Shown here piece by piece: positions 17,512-25,177 of a stretch of DNA of 28,947 bases (positions are counted from its first letter, which is position 1; every line of letters begins with the position of its first letter). The position numbers were made by a program, and so were the translations under genes. The stretch comes from an uncultured bacterium (GTDB lineage Bacteria; Krumholzibacteriota; Krumholzibacteriia; JACNKJ01). Location of the stretch: the NCBI GenBank assembly GCA_963695095.1, contig CAVOFT010000002.1:1-28947 (forward strand), in the 5' to 3' direction. Below the pieces are notes generated by a model. That model did not search any database, had not been told where the DNA came from, and saw only the letters and a program-made list of their open reading frames with translations.

Positions 17512-19425
17512 ATGAATCGTATCGTCTATATTTGCATTGCGTTATGCCTTTCTCCGGGGCCGGCCCTGGCCAGCCTGATCAGCTCCACCGCGGCGGGCGG
17601 CTTCTGGGCCGTGGGGAGCACCTGGGTCGGGGGCGTGGTTCCCGGACCCGGGGATGAGGTCATCATCGCCGGGCCGGTGCACGTGACCGGCACCCAGAGC
17701 TGCGCCAGCCTGCTCGTCGAGCCGGCCGGACTGTTGCACACCGCCAGCAGCGGGCCGGCCACCCTGAGCGTGGCGGGCCCGGTCAGCAACGGTGGCCTCA
17801 TCGAGAACGGCTCGTATTTCTTCACGCTCGAGCTGGGCGGCGATCTCACGAACAGCGGCAACTGGCTCAACAACCTGACCCGCATCACCGGCAGCGCCGA
17901 TCGCAGCCTCAGCCAGGATGCCGCCGCCGTCTTTGCGAGCGCTCTCGTCTTCGCAACGGGCGCGGCGGGCGACCTGCTCGTCGAGACGCCCTGGGTCAAG
18001 TCCGGGGATCTGGACGTCACGGGCGGGCGCCTGCTGCTCGGCGCGAGCTGCCCGCTCACCGTGGACAGCGGGCGCATCAGCGGCGACCTGCGCATGAACG
18101 GCAATCCGCTCCATGCGCTGTCCTGGACCTATCTGCAGAACGCCACGCTCGATGCGGCGGTCATCTTCGGCGAGACCGACATCGCTGGCAGCGCGCACTT
18201 CACGGGCGGCCTGACCGTGAAGGACGGCCTGAAGCCCGCCGGATTCACCGGCGGCGGGCACATGACGGTCCAGGGCGGGCTCGTCAACGAGGGCCGGATC
18301 ACGAACACGAGCTACGGCCTCACCATCAACTTGGCCGGCGACCTCGTGAACGACGGCGAGATCAGCTGCAGCTGGCTGCAGTTCGACGGCGCCAGCGTGC
18401 ATCATCTGAGCATGGGACCCGCCGGCATCTTCGACGTGAGCATGTTCCTGCCGGAGTTCCAGGGCGGCAGCATCGTCGCCGACACGCCGCTGCTCCTGCG
18501 CGACGGCATGGGCCTGGCCGAAGGCGACCTGACCCTGGCGCCCGGCGCTGATCTCACCCTGCTCGGCTGGGGGAGCGTCGGCGGCGGCACCATCTACGCC
18601 AACGGGAACGCGATCGAGATGCACGGTCTGAGCGCCATCGGCGGGGTGACGATCGATCAGGCCATCCTCCGCGGGCGCGTGCAGATCAGCAACGTGGCGG
18701 ACTTCACCGGCGGCGTCACCGTGGCCGACACCTTGCAGGGCTGGCCGACCGGCTGGGGCACGGCGAACATGAGCGTGAGCGGACTCCTCGTCAACGACGG
18801 CCTCATTCGCGACAGTGCCCAGGTGCCCATCGCGCTGCGGATCCTGAATGACCTGCAGAACAGCGGCGCCATCGAGAACGCGCGGGTGGTGGTGGCCGGC
18901 AGCGTCGATCAGGTGATCGGCGCCGGACCGGGCATTGCCGCGCCCGAGTTCGTGCTGGAGTCCGGACTGAACGGCGGCAGCTACCAGTGGTTCAGGAACG
19001 GCCAGCCGCTGGCCGGCGAGACGGCCGCCCAGCTCATGCTGGCCGGTGTCGCTGCGGCGGACTACGGCGTCTACCACTGCGAGGTGGACGGCGGCAGCTA
19101 CGTGTCGCGGAGCATCGCCATCGGCGAGTTCGCCGATCCCACCGCCGCGCCGCCGCTTGCCGTCTCGGCGCGGCTCGCGCAGAACCACCCCAATCCCTTC
19201 AATCCGGCCACCGAGATCGCCTTCAGCCTGGCAGCGGCCGGGCAGGCGCGGCTGACCGTGTACGACTTGGCCGGGCGCGAGGTCGCCCGCCTTGTCGACG
19301 GTTCGCTGCCTGCCGGCGAGCACCGCGTGAGCTGGCGTCCGCAGGGGCTGGCCTCAGGGATCTATCTCTACCGCCTCGCCGCCGGCGGGCGGGTGCTCGT
19401 GGGCCGCGCCACGCTCCTCAAATGA
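17512..19425 (+). CDS. Secreted repeat protein with Ig-like domain and C-terminal FlgD-Ig/T9SS-type sorting domain
   Basis: Signal peptide MNRIVYICIALCLSPGPALA; Gly/Asn-rich beta repeats (GDLTNSG, GDLVNDG, NDLQNSG); Ig motif YQWFRNG...DYGVYHCEV; LAQNHPNPFNPATEIAF...YDLAGREV...ASGIYLYRL...LLK. Confidence 0.85.
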   Translation: MNRIVYICIALCLSPGPALASLISSTAAGGFWAVGSTWVGGVVPGPGDEVIIAGPVHVTGTQSCASLLVEPAGLLHTASSGPATLSVAGPVSNGGLIENGSYFFTLELGGDLTNSGNWLNNLTRITGSADRSLSQDAAAVFASALVFATGAAGDLLVETPWVKSGDLDVTGGRLLLGASCPLTVDSGRISGDLRMNGNPLHALSWTYLQNATLDAAVIFGETDIAGSAHFTGGLTVKDGLKPAGFTGGGHMTVQGGLVNEGRITNTSYGLTINLAGDLVNDGEISCSWLQFDGASVHHLSMGPAGIFDVSMFLPEFQGGSIVADTPLLLRDGMGLAEGDLTLAPGADLTLLGWGSVGGGTIYANGNAIEMHGLSAIGGVTIDQAILRGRVQISNVADFTGGVTVADTLQGWPTGWGTANMSVSGLLVNDGLIRDSAQVPIALRILNDLQNSGAIENARVVVAGSVDQVIGAGPGIAAPEFVLESGLNGGSYQWFRNGQPLAGETAAQLMLAGVAAADYGVYHCEVDGGSYVSRSIAIGEFADPTAAPPLAVSARLAQNHPNPFNPATEIAFSLAAAGQARLTVYDLAGREVARLVDGSLPAGEHRVSWRPQGLASGIYLYRLAAGGRVLVGRATLLK

Positions 19426-19497
19426 ACTTCCTCGCCTCCACCTGCGCGCGACAGAGCTGCGCGGCGGTGCGCCAAGCGAACACACCGGCCATTAAGA

Positions 19498-19531
19498 GAC
19501 CCGGCGCGAAATCCGTGCCGGGTCCTTTTTT
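19498..19531 (+). terminator. Rho-independent terminator
   Basis: 11-bp stem GACCCGGCGCG/CGTGCCGGGTC (one G-U), 5-nt loop, then CTTTTTT; lies between convergent genes. Confidence 0.85.
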
Positions 19532-19594
19532 GGGCGAGCGATCTCGCCTCCAGCCCGCGCGCGTTGTTTCGCGCGCGGGTGGAGGCGAGGGAGC

Positions 19595-22500
19595 TCATTT
19601 CAGAAGGATCATCCGGCGCGTCTCCTGCAGCTCGCCGGCGCTGATCCGGTAGAAGTAGACGCCCGAGGCCTCGCCGCTGGCGTCCCAGCGCAGCTGGTGC
19701 TCGCCCGCGGCGAACTCCTCGTCGGCCAAGGTCGCCACGCGGCGGCCCTGGATGTCGAAGATGAGCAGCTCCACCCGCTCGGCTTCCGGTAGGCTGAACT
19801 TGATCGTCGTCACCGGATTGAAGGGGTTCGGGTGGTTCTGGCCCAGCGCGTACTCCGCGGGCAGCTCGATCACCCGCGGTTGCTGGGTGAGCAGGGTGCC
19901 GCCCGCTCCCGCGAAGCCCGCGGTCTGGCCGCGGAAGGTGATCTGGTCGATGTAGATGTCGTCGCTGTCGTTGCTGGCGTCGCACTGGAAGCGGATCTTG
20001 GCGTTCGTCGGGTAGCTGTAGCTCGCCCGCGGGATCTGCACGGTCGCCGTGTAGAAGCTGCCGTTGTTGAAGCTGGTCCCCCGCGCGAAGCTGGCCACCG
20101 TCTGCCAGGCGCTGCCGTTGTAGTACTGGAGCCAGAAGTCCTCGCCCGTCTCCATGCTGATCGCGATGAAGTAGAACTCCACCTCGAGGTCGACATAGGC
20201 CGACACGTTGTAGCCGGCCGTGTGGTAGAACGACGAGCTCGTGCCGCTGTTGTCCTGGATATCGATGGCCGCGCTGCCCTGCCAGGCGTAGGTGCCGCCC
20301 GTGTAGCGCAGGCAGTCCGTGCCGCCGTCCGTGTAGCTGCCGAAACCGCTCTCGAAGTCGTCGTAGGTGATGGTCTGCCAGGTGCCGCCTGTCGGCTGGG
20401 TCACCGTGATGTAGGCCGTCTTGGTCTCGGGATCCGAACCGTAGGCGTTGCTCGCCGTCAGGCTCACGGTGTAGCTGCCGGCCGTCGCGTAGCTATGACT
20501 GGGACTCTGCGCGGTGGACGTGCCCCCGTCGCCGAAGGTCCAGCTCCAGGCCGTGGGCATGTTCGTGGAGGCGTCGGTGAACTGCACCGCCAGCGGGGCG
20601 AGGCCCTCCGTCGGCGTGCCGCTGAAGGCCGCCACCGGCGCCGCGCCGGCGTAGCCCGTGACGCTGATGTCGTCGAAGGCCATGCCGTCCGTGGCGATCG
20701 GGTAGTTGTCGTACTGCTGGAACTTCACGACGAAGGTGGAGCTCAGGCTGAGCCCGTTGGCCGCGCAGAGGGCGTCCACGTCCAGGGCGAAGTTGTACCA
20801 GATGTTGTTCGTGTAGCTGGCGCCCGGCAGGTTGAAGACCTTGACGAAGCTGCTGCCTCCGTTGGCCGAGAAGTAGACGCCGTCCTGGGTGTGCGTCTCG
20901 TCGCCGAAGTCCTTCCACCAGAAGCTGAGATCCACCTGTGCCAGGCCGGCCAGGTCCAGGCGCAGCCAGGCCTCGTTCTGGGCATAGGTGCCGCTGGTCG
21001 AAGTGTCCATCGTCAGGTGCCGCGTGCCCGAGTGCGGCGTGTTGGCCGTGGTCACCAGGATGCGCCCGGGCGAGGGGCTCACCGTCGCCCAGTAGCCGTC
21101 CAGCACCCCGGACTCGAAGCCCGTGCTGTAGGGCAGCGTCGCCCAGGTGCCCGCAGGATTGGTCACGGTGATGTAGCCCGTCTTCACCTCGGCGTCACTG
21201 CCGACGCTGTTGGTGGCGGTCAGGCTCACCGTGTAGCTGCCGGCCGTGGTGTAGCTGTGGCTGGGATTCTGTGCCGTCGAGCTGCCGCCGTCGCCGAAGG
21301 TCCAGGCCCAGCTCGTGGGCAGGCCCGTGGACTGGTCGGTGAAGCTCACGGCCAGCGGGAAGTTGCCGGTCGTGGGGCTGCCGATGAAGGCCGCCACCGG
21401 CGCCACCGGGCCGCCGCCGCCACCCACCGCCGCCGCCGCGTCCACCATGCCGTAGCCGGTGTAGCGGTCCCAGCCGGCGCCGGACTCCACGGAGGTGATG
21501 TCCTGGGCCGTGTTCACGAGCTGATTGCGGATCTGCACATTGGTCCAGGTCGGGTTCTTCGACTTGATCAGCGCGCAGACACCGGCCGCATAGGGCGTGG
21601 CGCAGCTCGTGCCGTTGAAGAAGGGCTCGTAGTCCCCGCTGCGATAGCCGCCGCTGCCGATGATGTCCGTCGTCGGCAAGATGGTGGGGGCGATGATGTC
21701 CACGGCGCCGGCCGCATTCGCGGTCGTGACGCCATAGTTGGAGCCCCACCAGCGCTCGCCGTCGCAGGTGTAGCCGTTGGGATCGGTGCTGACGCCGGGG
21801 TTCACCTCGCCGCTGCTGGAGGAGCTGCGCTTGCGCTCGCCGCAGGGGCTGGCGGCGCCGACGCCGATCACGTTGGCGTGGATGGCCGGGTAGCTGATCG
21901 TGCTCATGTTCTCGTTGCCGGTGGCGGCGAGAATCACGCAGCCCGCGTTGTAAGCGTAATTGATCGCCGTGTCGGTGGCCGGGTCGCTCGAGATCGCCGC
22001 GCCCAGGCTCATGCTGATGATGTGGGCGCCGTTGTCGGCGGCCCAGTAGAGCGCGTTCTGGATGTAGCTGAAGTACATCGACCCGGCGCTGTTGGCCACC
22101 TTGCAGGGCATGATGCTGGAGCCGGCGGCAATGCCCGCCGCACCGATGCTGTTGTTCACCGAAGCGGCCACGCCCGCGCAGCAGGTGCCGTGGCCGGCGC
22201 CCGTGGCGTCGTCGTCGGGGTTGCTGTCGTTGTTGCCGAAGTCGTAACCGGCGACCCGGCGCAGGTCCGGGTGATCCACGTCCACGCCGCTATCGAGGAT
22301 GGCGATGATGACGCTGGCCGATCCGTAGCCCTGGCTGGCGTCCCAGGCGGCCTGGGCGTTGGCGTCGAAGCCCGGCGTGCCCACCGTGGTGGCCAGGGTG
22401 TGGTCATAGGTGCCGCCCCAGTCCAGACCCGGCAGCTGGGCGGTGTTGTTGTGGCCCCAGTGGCTGGGGTGCAGGGGATCGCTGGGCACGGCCATCGGGA

Positions 22501-22990
22501 AGGCCCGCCAGTCCAGGGACACCGCCTCCACGTCGGGGTCGGCCGCGAAGTCGCGCGCCAGGGCGAGCAGATCGCGACCTGCCGCGATGCGCAGCAGGAA
22601 CCAGCGGTCCACGCCCAGTTCCACGCTGAGGGCGGCATTGCGCGGCGCATCGTAGGGGCGCTCGACGGCGCTCACGCCGGCCGCGGCGGCCAGGGCGTCC
22701 ACGCCGGGCAGGCCCGTGCGGGCCGTCCGCAGCGTCGCCCCGCGCTGCAGGGGCAGATCCAGGCTGGCGCGCTCCATCGCCTCCATGCGGAATTGAACGA
22801 GCAGCCGGTCCGGCGCGTAGGGCAGCAGGGCCGCCGCGTCCGGCTGGAAGCCGTTCTGGGCGGGGGCGAAGGGCCGCGGCGCGAGCGTGCGCGCGGCGTC
22901 GGCATCGAAGGCATTGAGTGGATCCGCGCCCATGGCCGCTGCAGGCAGCAGCCAGAGGAGCACGAGCAGACCGATCGCGAACTTCTTCAT
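19595..22990 (-). CDS. Secreted S8 (subtilisin-family) serine protease with two PKD domains and C-terminal FlgD-Ig/T9SS-type domain
   Basis: Signal peptide MKKFAIGLLVLLWLLPAAAMG; catalytic IAILDSG, GHGTCCAG and NGTSCATP; oxyanion AATGN; two PKD domains (WTFGDG...HSY...GSYTVSLTA); LGQNHPNPFNP tail. Confidence 0.93.
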   Translation of the reverse strand: MKKFAIGLLVLLWLLPAAAMGADPLNAFDADAARTLAPRPFAPAQNGFQPDAAALLPYAPDRLLVQFRMEAMERASLDLPLQRGATLRTARTGLPGVDALAAAAGVSAVERPYDAPRNAALSVELGVDRWFLLRIAAGRDLLALARDFAADPDVEAVSLDWRAFPMAVPSDPLHPSHWGHNNTAQLPGLDWGGTYDHTLATTVGTPGFDANAQAAWDASQGYGSASVIIAILDSGVDVDHPDLRRVAGYDFGNNDSNPDDDATGAGHGTCCAGVAASVNNSIGAAGIAAGSSIMPCKVANSAGSMYFSYIQNALYWAADNGAHIISMSLGAAISSDPATDTAINYAYNAGCVILAATGNENMSTISYPAIHANVIGVGAASPCGERKRSSSSSGEVNPGVSTDPNGYTCDGERWWGSNYGVTTANAAGAVDIIAPTILPTTDIIGSGGYRSGDYEPFFNGTSCATPYAAGVCALIKSKNPTWTNVQIRNQLVNTAQDITSVESGAGWDRYTGYGMVDAAAAVGGGGGPVAPVAAFIGSPTTGNFPLAVSFTDQSTGLPTSWAWTFGDGGSSTAQNPSHSYTTAGSYTVSLTATNSVGSDAEVKTGYITVTNPAGTWATLPYSTGFESGVLDGYWATVSPSPGRILVTTANTPHSGTRHLTMDTSTSGTYAQNEAWLRLDLAGLAQVDLSFWWKDFGDETHTQDGVYFSANGGSSFVKVFNLPGASYTNNIWYNFALDVDALCAANGLSLSSTFVVKFQQYDNYPIATDGMAFDDISVTGYAGAAPVAAFSGTPTEGLAPLAVQFTDASTNMPTAWSWTFGDGGTSTAQSPSHSYATAGSYTVSLTASNAYGSDPETKTAYITVTQPTGGTWQTITYDDFESGFGSYTDGGTDCLRYTGGTYAWQGSAAIDIQDNSGTSSSFYHTAGYNVSAYVDLEVEFYFIAISMETGEDFWLQYYNGSAWQTVASFARGTSFNNGSFYTATVQIPRASYSYPTNAKIRFQCDASNDSDDIYIDQITFRGQTAGFAGAGGTLLTQQPRVIELPAEYALGQNHPNPFNPVTTIKFSLPEAERVELLIFDIQGRRVATLADEEFAAGEHQLRWDASGEASGVYFYRISAGELQETRRMILLK
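20401..21405 (-). repeat. Two direct-repeat PKD modules (~21163-21405 and ~20401-20643) within the S8 gene
   Basis: APVAAFIGSPTTG...WAWTFGDGGSSTAQNPSHSY versus APVAAFSGTPTEG...WSWTFGDGGTSTAQSPSHSY. Confidence 0.85.
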
Positions 22991-23200
22991 CGGTGATCTC
23001 CCCTCGAACAGGTGATGGACTGTGGCCATGCTGGATGTCAGGCGAAAACCAAGACCAACCTGCGTGGGGCCCGTCCGCTGGGCGGGGCCCCGGATGCCGG
23101 GTCGATGTGCGCAGCAATTCTATTCCCGCCGGGGAGCGGCCTGCAAGCGGAGGCATGCGGCGATCGGCCGCTGGCGGCGATTCCCCGCCATCGCGTATAC

Positions 23201-23216
23201 TGGCCGGAAGCTTGCT
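23201..23216 (+). promoter_or_regulatory. Sigma54 (-24/-12) promoter upstream of the multiheme cytochrome
   Basis: TGGCCG-GAAGC-TTGCT has exact GG-N10-GC spacing and a TTGC -12 box, about 52 bp before GTG 23269. Confidence 0.65.
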
Positions 23217-23268
23217 TCGCGTCTCCCGCGGCGCCCGTCCGCATCGATCCCATCCGGGGAGTCCGCTC

Positions 23269-24361
23269 GTGCCCATCCTGTCGACCGCCTGTCTGCTCGG
23301 CCTCCTGCTGCTCGGCGCCCAGCCCGCCCTCGGCCTTCCACGAGGGCGGCGTGGCGACCTGTGGCGCCTGCCACATCCTGCATGGCAGCGAGGACGGCCT
23401 GCCCGCCGATCCGGGCCTGCCCGGGGGCGTCAGCGGCCTGCTGCGCTTCGCCTCTTCCACGGACCTGTGCCTGTCCTGCCACGCAACCGCCCTCGGGGCG
23501 GTGCTGGCCGGCGATCCGGCCTACCCGCCGCCCGAGCGCGGGCCGGGCAATTTCGTCTTCCTGTTCGCACTCAACCTGAATGACGCTCCGGACGGGCTTT
23601 TCTACCCGATCGGCGGCCACCGCGCGGGTCACAGCCTGGTTTCGGCCGATCTCGGCCTCTTCGAGGATCCGGATCACCCGCAGGCGCCGGGGGGCGACTA
23701 CCCCGCCGACGCGCTCGGCTGCACGAGCTGTCACGATCCCCACGGCAATACCAACTACCGCCTGCTGCGCGGCGCGGGGGAGCAGGACGCGGCCGGCTAC
23801 AGCTTCCACTACCCCGCTCCGCAAGGCACGGGGCCGGCGCTGGACGGGCCGCCCGAGGCGCTCGCGAATCACACGGCCTACCAGGCCGGCTGGTCGGAGT
23901 GGTGCGCCAATTGCCATGGCTTCTACCACGATGAGTCCGGCGCCGGCTTCGCGCATCCTGTGGACCGGCCGCTGGACGGCGAGGCGCGCCAGTCCTACAA
24001 CGGCTACGCCGGCCCGGACAACCCCACGGGCGGCGACTACTGGACCGCCTACCTGCCCGAGGTGCCGCTCGAGCAGGCGAGCATGGCCGTGGACGGCACG
24101 GCCGGCGCCTTTCAGGACTGCCGCGTCACCTGCATGAGCTGCCACCGGGCCCACGCCACGAGCGCGCCGGCCGCCACCCGCTGGGATCCCAACGTGAACT
24201 TCCTCGACGAGGACGGCCAGGTCTCCGGCTCCTATCCCCTGCCCAATCCCTACGCCCACCCCGCGCAGCGCGCCCTCTGCGTGAAGTGCCACTACGAGGA
24301 GTCCACCGAACACGGGCAGGGCGCCGCCTGCCTGAGCTGCCACCGGGACCTGCACGACTGA
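23269..24361 (+). CDS. OmcS-like multiheme c-type cytochrome with 7 CxxCH motifs (one apparent +1 frameshift at ~23332 after the signal peptide)
   Basis: GGGGAG RBS, GTG start and signal peptide MPILSTACLLGLLLLGAQPAL in one frame; mature FHEGGVATCGACH from 23336 in the next frame. Heme motifs: CGACH, CLSCH, CTSCH, CANCH, CMSCH, CVKCH, CLSCH. Confidence 0.88.
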
Positions 24362-24430
24362 GCAGGGCTGGCCTCCGCGGACGCCTTGTGCTATGAGTGG
24401 GAATCCCCCACCTGAACCCAAGGAGTCCGC

Positions 24431-24931
24431 ATGGCCAGTTTCATCTTCAAGGGCAGCTCGCACAGCACGGTGGGCGAACTGCCCCGCGTGGGCAGCGCTG
24501 CCCCGGATTTCCGCCTCGTCAAGACCGACTTCTCCGTGCTCACCCTCGCCGATCTCAAGGGACAGCGGGTGGTCCTGAATGTCTTTCCCAGCCTCGCCAC
24601 TGGCGTCTGCTCGGCCAGCATCCGTCGCTTCAATGCCGAGGCCGCGGGGCTGAAGAACGCGACCGTCCTTTGCGTGTCGATGGACCTGCCCTTCGCCCAC
24701 AAGAGCTTCTGCGAAGCCGAGGGGCTGGACCGCGTCGTGCCCTGCTCCGACTTCCGCGACGGGGCCTTCGGCCGGACCTATGGCATGAAGATGGCCGGCG
24801 GCGATTGGACAGGCCTGCTCGCCCGCTCGGTGATCGTGCTCGACACGGCCGGCAAGGTGCTGCACAGCCAGCTCGTGCCGGAGACCGGGAGCGAGCCCGA
24901 CTACGCCGCCGCCCTGGCCGCTCTCGCCTAG
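24431..24931 (+). CDS. tpx: Thiol peroxidase (atypical 2-Cys peroxiredoxin)
   Basis: AAGGAG RBS; VGSAAPDF, VLNVFPSLATGVC (PxxxTxxC), CVSMDLPFAHKSFC, GLLARSV, EPDYAAAL. Confidence 0.93.
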   Translation: MASFIFKGSSHSTVGELPRVGSAAPDFRLVKTDFSVLTLADLKGQRVVLNVFPSLATGVCSASIRRFNAEAAGLKNATVLCVSMDLPFAHKSFCEAEGLDRVVPCSDFRDGAFGRTYGMKMAGGDWTGLLARSVIVLDTAGKVLHSQLVPETGSEPDYAAALAALA

Positions 24932-24973
24932 CCCCCGGCCCGCGGCCGGTCCCCCCGACCTTGCTGCCGAAAT

Positions 24974-25002
24974 GCCTGCCGCCGGCCCGCCCGGCGGCAG
25001 GC
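24974..25002. terminator. GC-rich 12-bp perfect hairpin after tpx
   Basis: GCCTGCCGCCGG-cccgc-CCGGCGGCAGGC; no U-tract. Confidence 0.4.
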
Positions 25003-25177
25003 GAGGGCAGGATGCGCCCTTACTCGGCACCGCCTGAACCCCGATTCCAGTCAAGAAGCTGCCCCGGAGAGCCGATTCCCCTAGCGGGCAGGGGCGCTCG
25101 CCCGACCGCGAGCGTCCGCCTTTCGCCCTGACCGCTCGGGTTCGCCGATGGCAATCAAGGTCCGGGATGGGGAGACC

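Noticed and set aside
19832..22996. Long antisense ORFs (1054 aa here; also 13830-16025, 17542-19323, 23120-25054, 6623-8122)
   Set aside because: Shadow ORFs opposite well-supported genes, expected at high GC, with no recognisable motifs.
23056..23102. GC hairpin (GGGGCCC...GGGCCCC) upstream of the S8 gene as a c-di-GMP or other riboswitch
   Set aside because: Could not match the conserved riboswitch motifs by eye; an Infernal/Rfam scan would be needed.
24584..24610. Tpx motif PSLATGVC lacking the usual Asp (PSxDT)
   Set aside because: The PxxxTxxC core, resolving Cys and Arg are retained; a single substitution is too weak to claim altered function.
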